Shown here one piece after another: positions 37,260 to 45,729 of a DNA stretch of 64,000 nt. The notes beneath the pieces were generated by a model. That model was not told the origin of the DNA. It did not search any database and saw only the letters and a program-made list of their open reading frames with translations. The position numbers and the translations under genes are program-made. The stretch covers positions 29,277 through 93,276 of the forward strand of contig DASWZN010000025.1 in the NCBI GenBank assembly GCA_036404435.1, written 5' to 3'. Source of the DNA: Bryobacteraceae bacterium (GTDB lineage Bacteria; Acidobacteriota; Terriglobia; Bryobacterales; Bryobacteraceae). Numbering within the stretch: position 1 is the stretch's first letter; the number at the start of each line of letters is the position of its first letter.

Positions 37260-39214
37260 CTACACCGATATACTACGTAAACGCCGCGCCGCACATCGGC
37301 CACGCGTACACGACGATTGTCGCGGACCTGATCAAGCGCTTCCAGGCCATGCAGGGCAAACGCGCCGTGCTGACCACCGGCTCCGACGAGCACGGGGTCA
37401 ACGTGGAGCGTGCGGCCGAGCGCGCCGGGAAGACCCCCAAAGAATACACCGACGTGATCGCGGCCGAGTTCGAGCGGCAGTGGCAGCAACTCGGGCTCCA
37501 GATCGACCACTTCCAACGCACCACCAGCCCGCAGCACGCCCGCGTGGTTAACGGTCTATTCGAGCGTTGCCGCGCCAACGGCTACATCTACAAGGGCGCT
37601 TACACCGGGCAGTACTGCATCTACGACAACCTATACGTGAATGACGCCAAGCCGGGCGATCCCTGCCCGGATTGCGGCCGGCCCACCGAGACCATCACGG
37701 AAGAGAATTTCTTTTTCAAGCTCTCGGCGTTCGGCGAGCGGCTGCTGGAGCTCTACGAGCGCGAGCCGAAGTTCATACAGCCCGAGACGCGGCGCAACGA
37801 AGTGATCGCGTTCGTCAAGCAGGGCCTGACCGACCTGTCGATCACGCGCAGCAACATCAAATGGGGAATTCCGGTCGAGGGCGAGGCGCCGCACGTCTTC
37901 TACGTGTGGTTCGATGCTCTGACCGCGTACATGAGCGCGGTCGAGGGCGAAGAAATGTGGCCGGCCGACCTGCACCTGATCGGCAAGGAGATCGTGCGCT
38001 TCCACGCCATCTACTGGCCGGCGTTTCTGATGGCCGCGGGACTGGAGCTGCCGAAGAGGATTTTCGCGCACGGCTGGCTGCTGTTCGAAGAGAGCAAGAT
38101 GAGCAAGTCGCGCGGCAACATCGTGCGGCCGGAGCCGATCCGGCGCGTGATGGGCGTGGACGCGCTGCGTTATTTCCTGCTGCGCGAGGTGGTGTTCGGG
38201 CAGGACGGAAGCTTCAGCTACGACGCGCTGGTGGGCCGCTACAACTCGGACCTGGCGAACGGGCTGGGCAACCTGGCGAGCCGCACGCTGACCATGATCC
38301 GGCAGTACACGATGGGCGAGATTCCGGGTGCGTATTCGGACCCGCAGATCGCCGCTCTCGCCAGCGAAACAATTCTCGCAGTTGAGGGCTGCTTCAATCA
38401 GCTCGAGTTTTCGAAGGGTCTGGAAGCAATCTGGGCGTTGATCGGGGCGGTCGACAAGTACATCGTCTCGAACGCCCCCTGGAAGCTGGCCCAGGTACGC
38501 GAACGTGACGCGAAGGCGAACAAGCAACTCAGTGAGACGCTTTACACTGCGGCCGAAGCTCTCAGGATCATTGCGACGCTCGTTTACCCAGTAATGCCGG
38601 AATCGGCGTCCAGGATTTGGCGTCAACTAGGCCTTGGGCGAGTGCTTGGGGGTAACCCTGACTACATAACCCACCGGTCCATTGAATCCGTGCGGTTCGA
38701 GTCGCTCAAATGGGGAGAACTTGAGTCGGGCGAGGAGATCCCTGAAGTTCTACCGGTGTTTCCGCGCATCGACTCCAAGAAGGCGATCCCGGAGATGCGC
38801 GCGCTTGAAGAGGTTGAGGCCGCGCGGCAGGCGGCGCTGCTGGGCAAAACCGTCCCGCCGCCCGAGCCCGTTGCGGAGGCGACGCCCAAGATCACCATCG
38901 ACGACTTCGCCAAGGTGGACCTGCGCGTCGCGCGGGTGCTGACGGCCGAGCCTGTGAAGGGCGCGAACAAGCTGCTCCATCTCACCATCGACGTGGGCGA
39001 AGCCGAGCCGAGGACGCTGGTGGCCGGCATCGCCGAGGCCTACCAGCCCGAGCAGTTGGTGGGGCGCAAGGTGGTCATCGTCGCGAATCTCGAGCCGCGC
39101 AAGCTGCGCGGGATCGCCTCCAACGGGATGATCGTGGCGGCGTCAGTCGAGGGCGGAAAGCCGGTGCTGGCGGGGTTCCTCGAAGACGTGCCCGTGGGCG
39201 CACGGCTGAAGTAG
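37238..39214 (+). CDS. metG: methionine--tRNA ligase with C-terminal tRNA-binding domain
   Basis: 658 aa with the HIGH motif (PHIGHAYT), KMSKS, and a C-terminal EMAP/Trbp111-like domain (DLRVARVLTAEPVKGANKLLHLTIDVG). Confidence 0.95.
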   Translation: MQDKYYLTTPIYYVNAAPHIGHAYTTIVADLIKRFQAMQGKRAVLTTGSDEHGVNVERAAERAGKTPKEYTDVIAAEFERQWQQLGLQIDHFQRTTSPQHARVVNGLFERCRANGYIYKGAYTGQYCIYDNLYVNDAKPGDPCPDCGRPTETITEENFFFKLSAFGERLLELYEREPKFIQPETRRNEVIAFVKQGLTDLSITRSNIKWGIPVEGEAPHVFYVWFDALTAYMSAVEGEEMWPADLHLIGKEIVRFHAIYWPAFLMAAGLELPKRIFAHGWLLFEESKMSKSRGNIVRPEPIRRVMGVDALRYFLLREVVFGQDGSFSYDALVGRYNSDLANGLGNLASRTLTMIRQYTMGEIPGAYSDPQIAALASETILAVEGCFNQLEFSKGLEAIWALIGAVDKYIVSNAPWKLAQVRERDAKANKQLSETLYTAAEALRIIATLVYPVMPESASRIWRQLGLGRVLGGNPDYITHRSIESVRFESLKWGELESGEEIPEVLPVFPRIDSKKAIPEMRALEEVEAARQAALLGKTVPPPEPVAEATPKITIDDFAKVDLRVARVLTAEPVKGANKLLHLTIDVGEAEPRTLVAGIAEAYQPEQLVGRKVVIVANLEPRKLRGIASNGMIVAASVEGGKPVLAGFLEDVPVGARLK

Positions 39215-39219
39215 TTGTG

Positions 39220-39256
39220 GGGCAGGCGGTTCCGCCTGCCCAGGCAGGCCAAACGG
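39220..39256. repeat. two tandem GC-rich hairpins (GGGCAGGCG-gttc-CGCCTGCCC; CAGGCC-aaac-GGCCTG)
   Basis: Read directly after the metG stop. The second hairpin ends in GCCTGTCCCAC, a motif also present at 41193-41203. Confidence 0.7.
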
Positions 39257-39277
39257 CCTGTCCCACGAGGGGATAGC

Positions 39278-40045
39278 GTGATCCTGGCCGATTCGCACTG
39301 CCATCTGGACGACCCGCAGTTCGACGCGGACCGCGAGGCCGTGATCGAACGGGCGCGGGCGGCGGGCGTCGAGACGATGCTGGCCGTCGGAAGCGGCCCG
39401 CCGGATCTCGAAGCGGGCATCCGGCTGGCCGAGGGGCACGCGCAGATAGTCGCCAGCGTGGGCGTGCATCCGCACGAGGCGGCGAAGGCGACGCCGGAGA
39501 CCTTCGAGCGGCTGCGCGAACTGCTGGCGAATCCCAAGGTGGTGGCGATCGGCGAGATCGGTCTCGATTACCACTACAACTTCTCCCCGCCCGAAGTGCA
39601 GCGCGAGGTGTTCGCCCGTCAGCTCGAGATGGCGCGGGCAGCGTCCCGGCCGGTCATCATCCACACGCGCGAGGCGTGGCCGGACACGCTGCGTATGCTT
39701 GCGGAGGCGCGCCTGGCGGGCGGCATCATGCACTGCTTTTCGGAAGGGCCGGCGGAGGCGGAGCAGGTGCTCGCGCTCGGTTTCCACATCAGCTTCGCCG
39801 GCGTGGTGACGTTTCCGAAAGCGCTGCGGGTGCAAGCGGTAGCGCGCATGGTTCCGCTCGACCGGCTCCTAGTGGAGACGGACGCGCCGTACCTGGCGCC
39901 GGTGCCCCACCGCGGCAAGCGCAACGAGCCGGCCTTCGTCGTCGAAACAGCGCGGAAGGCGGCGGAACTGCGAGGAGTGACGGTTGAAGAGATCGCCGCG
40001 GCGACCACGGAGAACTTCAAGAGGCTCGTTGCCCGTCGCTCGTAG
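39278..40045 (+). CDS. tatD: TatD-family metal-dependent hydrolase/DNase
   Basis: In-frame GTG at 39278 gives VILADSHCHLDDPQFD. EIGLDYHY and VIIHTREA motifs are present. The track start at 39215 would read through the hairpins. Confidence 0.85.
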   Translation: MILADSHCHLDDPQFDADREAVIERARAAGVETMLAVGSGPPDLEAGIRLAEGHAQIVASVGVHPHEAAKATPETFERLRELLANPKVVAIGEIGLDYHYNFSPPEVQREVFARQLEMARAASRPVIIHTREAWPDTLRMLAEARLAGGIMHCFSEGPAEAEQVLALGFHISFAGVVTFPKALRVQAVARMVPLDRLLVETDAPYLAPVPHRGKRNEPAFVVETARKAAELRGVTVEEIAAATTENFKRLVARRS

Positions 40046-40130
40046 CCCGTCGATCCGTAGCACCCTCCGGTCCGCTTCGCCAGCGGGGGTCGTAGCAGTG
40101 CGAAGCCGGGAAAGCCTGATTGGATCAACG

Positions 40131-40151
40131 AGCCACGGGCCACGAGCCACG
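40131..40151. repeat. tandem heptanucleotide repeat (AGCCACG)(GGCCACG)(AGCCACG)
   Basis: Read directly in the tatD-polyprenyl synthase intergenic gap. Confidence 0.85.
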
Positions 40152-40179
40152 AGCGGCTTGTTAGACTGAAGAAAACCAA

Positions 40180-41178
40180 ATGATTGGGAAAGCTGAGGCC
40201 TCGGTAGCCGCGCGCGGTATTCTCGACCTCATCGAGGACGACCTGCGCGAGGTCGAAAAGGCGATCGGCGTGGAGTTCGTCGCGCCGGTCGAGGCGATCA
40301 CAACCATCGCGCAGTACCTTCGGGCGGGCGGCGGCAAGCGGCTGCGGCCCATGCTGGTGCTGCTGGCGTCGAAGCTTGCGGGCGGAGGCGGGGCGAGCGC
40401 CGTAGGGCTGGCCGCCGTGGTCGAGATGCTCCACACGGCGACGCTGGTGCACGACGACGTGATCGACGACGCGCAGACGCGCCGCGGCCAGCCCTCCACC
40501 AACATCAAGTGGGGCAATCACACCTCGGTGCTGGCGGGCGACTGGCTGTACATGCAGGCTTTCCAGATCGTGGTCCGGGAGCGGAACTTCCACATCCTGG
40601 AGATGCTGACCAGCGTCACGCAGGCGATGGTCGAGGGCGAGCTGTTGCAGTTGCAGCGCATCGGCTCGATTGACGTCTCGGAAGCCGACTACATGGATCT
40701 GGTGGACCGCAAAACGGCCGGCCTCTTCGCGACCTGCGCGCGGGTGGGCGCGGCGGTCGCCGGAGCCGATTCCTCCACCGAGGAGAAGCTGGGCGAGTAC
40801 GCCTGGAACCTCGGCATGGCGTTTCAACTCATCGACGACGTGCTCGATTTCACCGCGCGCGAGACCGTCCTGGGCAAGCCGGTGGGCAACGACCTGTGGG
40901 AGGGCAAGGTCACGCTGCCCCTGATCTACGCGCTGGAGAAGGCCGATGGGGCGGAGCGGCGGCTGGTGGAGACGGTGCTGGCGGACCGCAATTACAGCAG
41001 GGTGCCATTCGCGACCATCTTCAACCTGATCGAGCGGCACGGCGGGGTGGAACGCGTGCGCCAGCGCGCGAGTGGGTTCACGGCCCGGGCCGGCAGCCTC
41101 ATCTCCGCGTTCCCCGAGTCGCCCTGCCAGCGCGCGCTGGCGACACTCACCGCGCTGGTGACGGAGCGCGATCATTAG
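40180..41178 (+). CDS. trans-polyprenyl diphosphate synthase (IspB/HepT-like)
   Basis: 332 aa with the first DDxxD (LVHDDVIDDAQTRRG) and second DDxxD (FQLIDDVLD) motifs. Confidence 0.85.
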   Translation: MIGKAEASVAARGILDLIEDDLREVEKAIGVEFVAPVEAITTIAQYLRAGGGKRLRPMLVLLASKLAGGGGASAVGLAAVVEMLHTATLVHDDVIDDAQTRRGQPSTNIKWGNHTSVLAGDWLYMQAFQIVVRERNFHILEMLTSVTQAMVEGELLQLQRIGSIDVSEADYMDLVDRKTAGLFATCARVGAAVAGADSSTEEKLGEYAWNLGMAFQLIDDVLDFTARETVLGKPVGNDLWEGKVTLPLIYALEKADGAERRLVETVLADRNYSRVPFATIFNLIERHGGVERVRQRASGFTARAGSLISAFPESPCQRALATLTALVTERDH

Positions 41179-41392
41179 CGGACAGGCCGGAAGCCTGTCC
41201 CACTTCGGGCAGGAAGATCTCTTCGATCCGCTTGCCGAAGAGGTGCGCCAGTCCGAAGGCGAGCGGCAGGCTGGGATCGTACTTGCCGGTTTCGACGGCG
41301 TTGATGGTCTGGCGGGAGACGCCTAGGCGCGTGGCCAAGTCCGCCTGCGACCAGTTCTTCTCGGCGCGCAGCACGCGCAGCGTGTTTCTCAC
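41147..41392 (-). CDS. XRE-family helix-turn-helix transcriptional regulator (y4mF-like)
   Basis: The GTG at 41392 gives VRNTLRVLRAEKNWSQADLATRLGVSRQTINAVETGKYDPSLPLAFGLAHLFGKRIEEIF, plus a roughly 20-aa tail that reads through the hairpin and overlaps the 3' end of the convergent gene. Confidence 0.8.
   Translation of the reverse strand: MRNTLRVLRAEKNWSQADLATRLGVSRQTINAVETGKYDPSLPLAFGLAHLFGKRIEEIFLPEVGQASGLSANDRAPSPAR
41180..41200. repeat. GC-rich hairpin GGACAGGC-cggaa-GCCTGTCC
   Basis: An 8-bp perfect stem immediately after the polyprenyl synthase stop. It lies inside the 3' tail of the convergent HTH gene. Confidence 0.7.
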
Positions 41393-41817
41393 CGGTACCT
41401 CCGGTTGGCGTTGAAGTAGCCGAGCATCAGCAGACCCACCAGCAGGAAGGTCACGTAAAAGGGTTGGAGTGGGCCGACGAACCCGGCGAACTGAAGAATG
41501 GGATAGAGGATGGTGACAAGGAAGACGCCGAGGCAGGCGGTGGCGGCGGCTTCGAGTTGGATGCGGAGCTGCAGCTCGTCCAGCCGCGCCAGATCGCGCA
41601 GAAGCCGGAAGATGTAGCCGACGCCGCAGACCAGCGGTAGGGCCACCGCGAGGATACGCAACGGGAGCCCTGGGTGGTACCCGCGCAGTTTGAGCAAGGC
41701 GAGCAGCAGTAAGCCTCCCGCCGTGGTGAGCGCCATGCCAAGCAGCCAGAGGGTCTGGGCGCGCACCTCTCGCCACGAGCAGGAGAGGGTGGAACTGGTG
41801 TCATGTTTCATAGTCAT
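41389..41817 (-). CDS. small multi-pass membrane protein, partner of the XRE regulator
   Basis: There are four hydrophobic segments. Its stop overlaps the HTH start (GTGA). The start was chosen at MTMKHD; the 41850 and 41811 starts are also possible. Confidence 0.6.
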   Translation of the reverse strand: MTMKHDTSSTLSCSWREVRAQTLWLLGMALTTAGGLLLLALLKLRGYHPGLPLRILAVALPLVCGVGYIFRLLRDLARLDELQLRIQLEAAATACLGVFLVTILYPILQFAGFVGPLQPFYVTFLLVGLLMLGYFNANRRYR

Positions 41818-41890
41818 AATGTAAAGCATACTGTACTTGTTGTCAAGCACAATTTACATTGACGCCCGATGCTACAATGGACGGTTTCCG

Positions 41891-42658
41891 ATGACCGATC
41901 AGCAGATTCGCGAACAGATTGAGGCGCTTGGGCCGTGGTTCTACCAGTTCGACCTGGGCGAGGGCCGGCGCACGCCCTCGTCGCTGCCGCCCGAGGTGCA
42001 GCCGATCCACCAGACGCGGCTCGGGATGGTGATGGGGGCGGTGAAGGCGCATTTCGGCGGGCGGCTGGCGGAGATCCGGGCGATTGACGTGGGCTGCCAC
42101 GAGGGATACTACAGCGTCGCGCTGGCTCGCGAGGGCGTCCAATCGGTGCTGGGAGTGGATGTCCGGGAGGCGAACCTGGCCAAGGCGCGGTTCGTGGGCG
42201 CGGCGCTGGGCCTGGCGAACGTCGAGTGGCGGCAAGCGAACTGCGAGGATCTGCGGGTCGAAGAGACCGGTGAATTCGAGTTATGCTTGTTCCTCGGTCT
42301 GCTCTACCACCTCGAGAACCCGATGCTCTGCCTTCGCAACATCAGCCGCGTGACGCGCGAGATATGCGTCGTCGAAACGCAGGTGATCGACGAGGTCGAG
42401 GGCGCGGCGGAATGGGGTTGCCGGGAGTGGACGCGGCCGTATCATGGCGTGCTGGCGCTGATCGACGAATCGGGCGAGTTCTACAACGAGAACGCCGAGG
42501 CGGGCGCGTCGCCGATCGCCACCTGCCCGTCGCCCCGAGCGCTCGAGTTCATGCTGAAGCAGGCCGGCTTCCGGAGGGTGGAGACGATTGCGCCGCCGGC
42601 CGGCGCTTACGAACAGCACGCGCGCGGCAAACGGGTGGTCGCGGTCGCGTACAAGTAG
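41891..42658 (+). CDS. class I SAM-dependent methyltransferase (DUF1698/CmoB-like fold)
   Basis: In-frame ATG at 41891 (MTDQQIREQIEALGPWFYQFDLGEG), with SAM motif I AIDVGCHEGYYS. Confidence 0.7.
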   Translation: MTDQQIREQIEALGPWFYQFDLGEGRRTPSSLPPEVQPIHQTRLGMVMGAVKAHFGGRLAEIRAIDVGCHEGYYSVALAREGVQSVLGVDVREANLAKARFVGAALGLANVEWRQANCEDLRVEETGEFELCLFLGLLYHLENPMLCLRNISRVTREICVVETQVIDEVEGAAEWGCREWTRPYHGVLALIDESGEFYNENAEAGASPIATCPSPRALEFMLKQAGFRRVETIAPPAGAYEQHARGKRVVAVAYK

Positions 42659-42691
42659 GGCCGCTCCCTTACGGTCGCGGTTCGGTGCTGG
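42658..42691. repeat. dispersed repeat unit, single arm (GGGCCGCTCCCTTACGGTCGCGGTTCGGTGCTGG)
   Basis: It shares the core CCGCT-N8-10-CGCGGTTCGGTGCT with copies at 44041-44122 and 54697-54795. It spans the 10-bp gap between convergent genes and encodes the last residues (STEPRP*) of the Wzt paralog. Confidence 0.8.
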
Positions 42692-43979
42692 CATCGCGCG
42701 GCGGCGTGACCGCAGAGTAGACTCCGGCGCAGGGGATGCGCATGTATCCGCGGACCGGAGCGTCGCCCGGAAGCACCCGGATCTCGGCCGCGTCCTCGGC
42801 CAGCTCGCACAGGCTGAAATCGCGCAAGGTTCCGTCGGAGATTGCGGGCGCAAAGGCAAAGCGTCCGGGCGCGAGTTCCGGCAGGCGTATGCGGAAATCG
42901 ACGGTCGCCACCTGGCCGGGTTCGAGCGGCGGCATCTGAACGCCCTCGCTGGCGGTGTTGGCTCCCGTTACGTCGACGCCCTCCGCGGTGCGCACCAGAA
43001 GGCCCACGATGGGCAGCCGGACCGCCTCCCTGGCGCGGACGCTGACTCTCACGAGCAGGCGCGCGGGGGTGCGCACGGCATCGATCGGGTGCCCGCGGTC
43101 GTCCATCACCGAGATGCCCAGCACTTCGGCGCGCGCGTCGCCGTGCCGGCGCGCGGAGGGAGAGATCGAGGTGACGATCTCGGCGGGCTCGAAGTACTCC
43201 GCCGCCGGACCGGAAACGCGTTCCTGCCCGCTGCGGAGGCGCCGGGCGTCCTTCGCGATCATGGCCGCCAGGTACTTCTGCACGACCTCGGCGGAGTCGC
43301 CCAGTGCCGCCGCGCGGCCGCGGTCGAGCCATAGTGTGCGATGGCCGATCGCTTTGACGTCCGAAACATCGTGCGTGACGTAAACGATGGTGACGCCGCG
43401 GCTGCGCATTTCGTGGATCTTCCGCATGCAGCGCTGGCGGAAGCAGATGTCGCCGACCGCCAGGGCTTCATCCACGATCAGGATATCGGGGTCGAGGTGG
43501 ACCGCGACCGCGAACGCCAGCCGCACCAGCATGCCGCTCGAGTAGGTGCGCACCGGCTGGTCGATGAAATCGCCGATCTCCGCGAATTCCAGGATCTGGC
43601 CGAGCTTGCGCTCCACCTCGCCCGCCGCGAAACCGAGGATGGCGCCGTTCAAGTGGACGTTTTCCCGACCGGTGTATTCCGGGTTGAAACCCGAACCCAG
43701 CTCGAGCAGGGCGGTGATCCGGCCATGGACCCTAACCTGGCCGCTGGTCGGTTTGAGGATGCCTCCGATCAACTGAAGCAGCGTGCTCTTTCCCGAACCG
43801 TTCTCGCCTATGACGCAGAAGGTCTCACCGCTGCGGATTCCCAGAGTCAGGTCGCGAACCGCCCAATGTTCCTGGTGGTAGGAGCGGCGGTTCAGGGTCA
43901 GAAGCTCCCGCAGCCGGTCGCCGGGCCGCTCGTAGATCGGATACTTCTTCGACACCGCTTGGAGATCGATGATATCCAT
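42669..43979 (-). CDS. wzt: second Wzt/TagH-like polysaccharide ABC-transporter ATP-binding protein with C-terminal extra domain
   Basis: The ATG at 43979 gives MDIIDLQAVSKKYPIYERPGDRLRELL. Walker A is GENGSGKST, signature YSSGM and Walker B ILIVDEALAVGD. By eye it is collinear with the protein at 10028-11329. Confidence 0.85.
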   Translation of the reverse strand: MDIIDLQAVSKKYPIYERPGDRLRELLTLNRRSYHQEHWAVRDLTLGIRSGETFCVIGENGSGKSTLLQLIGGILKPTSGQVRVHGRITALLELGSGFNPEYTGRENVHLNGAILGFAAGEVERKLGQILEFAEIGDFIDQPVRTYSSGMLVRLAFAVAVHLDPDILIVDEALAVGDICFRQRCMRKIHEMRSRGVTIVYVTHDVSDVKAIGHRTLWLDRGRAAALGDSAEVVQKYLAAMIAKDARRLRSGQERVSGPAAEYFEPAEIVTSISPSARRHGDARAEVLGISVMDDRGHPIDAVRTPARLLVRVSVRAREAVRLPIVGLLVRTAEGVDVTGANTASEGVQMPPLEPGQVATVDFRIRLPELAPGRFAFAPAISDGTLRDFSLCELAEDAAEIRVLPGDAPVRGYMRIPCAGVYSAVTPPRDASTEPRP

Positions 43980-44040
43980 CGGCCTGAAGCTACATCTTCT
44001 CACGGGTGCACGACATATTCGTGCACGCCAGGCGGAAGTC

Positions 44041-44122
44041 CGGCACCGAACCGCGCGCGAGAGCGAGCGGATATCGGCGGCTTGGCGGAGGTCCGCTACC
44101 TGACGGTCGCGGTTCAGCGCTG
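44041..44122. repeat. dispersed repeat, two inverted arms (palindromic element)
   Basis: The left arm is CGGCACCGAACCGCGCGCGAGAGCGAGCGGA (reverse orientation). The right arm is GGAGGTCCGCTACCTGACGGTCGCGGTTCAGCGCTG (forward orientation). Confidence 0.8.
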
Positions 44123-44258
44123 AGTACCCGATACGTTCGGATGGCTAGATCTCTCAATCTGACGCGGCGCGCGTCCACATCGATGTCGCGCACCCTCTTC
44201 TCACCTACCGCGGCTGCAACGGGTGTAAAGTGATTCTCAGGGTCTCAGAGGTGCGCTC

Positions 44259-44615
44259 ATGCCGACCATTCTTGTCGCCGAAAACGACGCTCCCCTCCGT
44301 AAGATGATCTCCGAGATTCTGCGCGAGCAGGGCTACCGGGTGCTTTCGGCCTCGAGCGGCGACGATGCCACGGCGGTGGCCGCGCGGAGCGATCGGCCCA
44401 TCGATCTTCTGGTGACCGACATCGTCATGACCGGCATGGGCGGCGCCGATCTCCACGCGTGGCTGAAGGCCGAACAGCCCGCCCTGCGCGTGCTGTTCAT
44501 TTCAGGTTTCATGAGCCGCGAACCGCTCGAAGGCGCCTTCCTGAAGAAGCCGTTCAGCGTGGCCGAACTGGTGGAGAAAGTGCGCGCGGTGCTGGCCCAG
44601 GGTGCGGCGGGGTAG
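44259..44615 (+). CDS. stand-alone response-regulator receiver protein (CheY-like)
   Basis: 118 aa with acidic pocket ILVAENDA, phospho-acceptor LLVTDIVMTG and conserved K (FLKKPF). Confidence 0.85.
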   Translation: MPTILVAENDAPLRKMISEILREQGYRVLSASSGDDATAVAARSDRPIDLLVTDIVMTGMGGADLHAWLKAEQPALRVLFISGFMSREPLEGAFLKKPFSVAELVEKVRAVLAQGAAG

Positions 44616-44655
44616 GGCGGCGGGCGGCGAGCCGAGCGTGGTACAAGGGTTCTGT

Positions 44656-45729
44656 ATGCCATCGTTCGCCATCAGCACGCCGCAGCGGAATTACGAGGCC
44701 ATTGTCGAGCGGGGCATTCTCGCGCGGATCGGGGAATTCATCCCGGCCGGCTCGGGCAAGGTCTTCGTCGTCACCACCGAGGATGTCTGGCAGCACCACA
44801 GCTACCGCCTCGCGCGCGGCTTGGCCGAGCGCTCTCACGAGATCGTGTTGTTTCCCGCGGGCGAGGAGCACAAGCGCCTGGCCTCTGTCGAATGGCTGGC
44901 GGAGGAGTTGGTGCGGCGGGGCGGCGACCGCTCGATCCTGGTCATCGCTTTCGGCGGCGGCGTAGTGAACGACGTGGCGGGATTCCTGGCGGCCATCTTC
45001 ATGCGCGGCGTGCCGGTGCTCCAGGTCCCCACTACGCTATTGGCGCAGGTGGACGCGGCCATCGGCGGCAAGACGGGTGTCGATCTGGAATGCGGCAAGA
45101 ATCTGGTGGGCGCGTTCCACCAGCCCGTGGCAGTGCTGATCGACCCGGAAGTCCTCTCCACGCTTCCCGAGCGCGAGTACCGCAACGGCCTGTTCGAGGT
45201 TGTGAAATACGGGGTCATCCGCAGCCCAGAGCTGTTCCGGACGTTGGCCGAGCAGAGCGCGGCGGTCCTCAGCCGCGAGCCCTGTCTCGCGGAGCGGATC
45301 ATCGGCGAGTGCGTGCGCATCAAGGCCGAGGTGGTCTCCGCCGACGAGCGCGAAAAGAACGTGCGCGTGATCCTCAATTTCGGCCACACCGCCGGGCACG
45401 CCCTGGAGGCCGAGACGGGCTATTGCCGCTTCCGCCACGGCGAGGCGGTCGCGTTCGGCATGCGCGCGGCCATCTACCTCTCCGAGCGGACCGGCCATCT
45501 CTCGGCCGAGGACGCCGTCGAGATTCTGAATACCATCGCGCTCTACGGGCCGATTCCCTCTCTGGACGGCGTCACCGCCGAAGCCATCGCGCGCCGCGCC
45601 TTGATGGACAAGAAGACTCTGAAGGGCCGCGTGCGCTGGGTCCTGCCGGAGACGATCGGGCAGGTGGCGGTGGTTTCGGACATCGACGAAGCGATCGTGG
45701 CCGGGGCCATCCAGGAAGCGCTCGAATGA
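44656..45729 (+). CDS. aroB: 3-dehydroquinate synthase
   Basis: In-frame ATG at 44656. Motifs GGGVVNDVAGFLAA, VPTTLLAQVDAAIGGKTGV and NFGHTAGHALE are present. Confidence 0.9.
   Translation: MPSFAISTPQRNYEAIVERGILARIGEFIPAGSGKVFVVTTEDVWQHHSYRLARGLAERSHEIVLFPAGEEHKRLASVEWLAEELVRRGGDRSILVIAFGGGVVNDVAGFLAAIFMRGVPVLQVPTTLLAQVDAAIGGKTGVDLECGKNLVGAFHQPVAVLIDPEVLSTLPEREYRNGLFEVVKYGVIRSPELFRTLAEQSAAVLSREPCLAERIIGECVRIKAEVVSADEREKNVRVILNFGHTAGHALEAETGYCRFRHGEAVAFGMRAAIYLSERTGHLSAEDAVEILNTIALYGPIPSLDGVTAEAIARRALMDKKTLKGRVRWVLPETIGQVAVVSDIDEAIVAGAIQEALE

Noticed and set aside
40046-40130. Segment CCGTAGCACCCTCCGGTCCGCTTCGCCAGCGGGGGTCGTAGCAGTGCGAAGCC as a further member of the CGCGGTTCGGTGCT repeat family
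   Set aside because: It shares only the GGTCCGCT start and a loose skeleton, and the diagnostic CGCGGTTC core is absent. It may be a different repeat family, and this cannot be decided from one copy.
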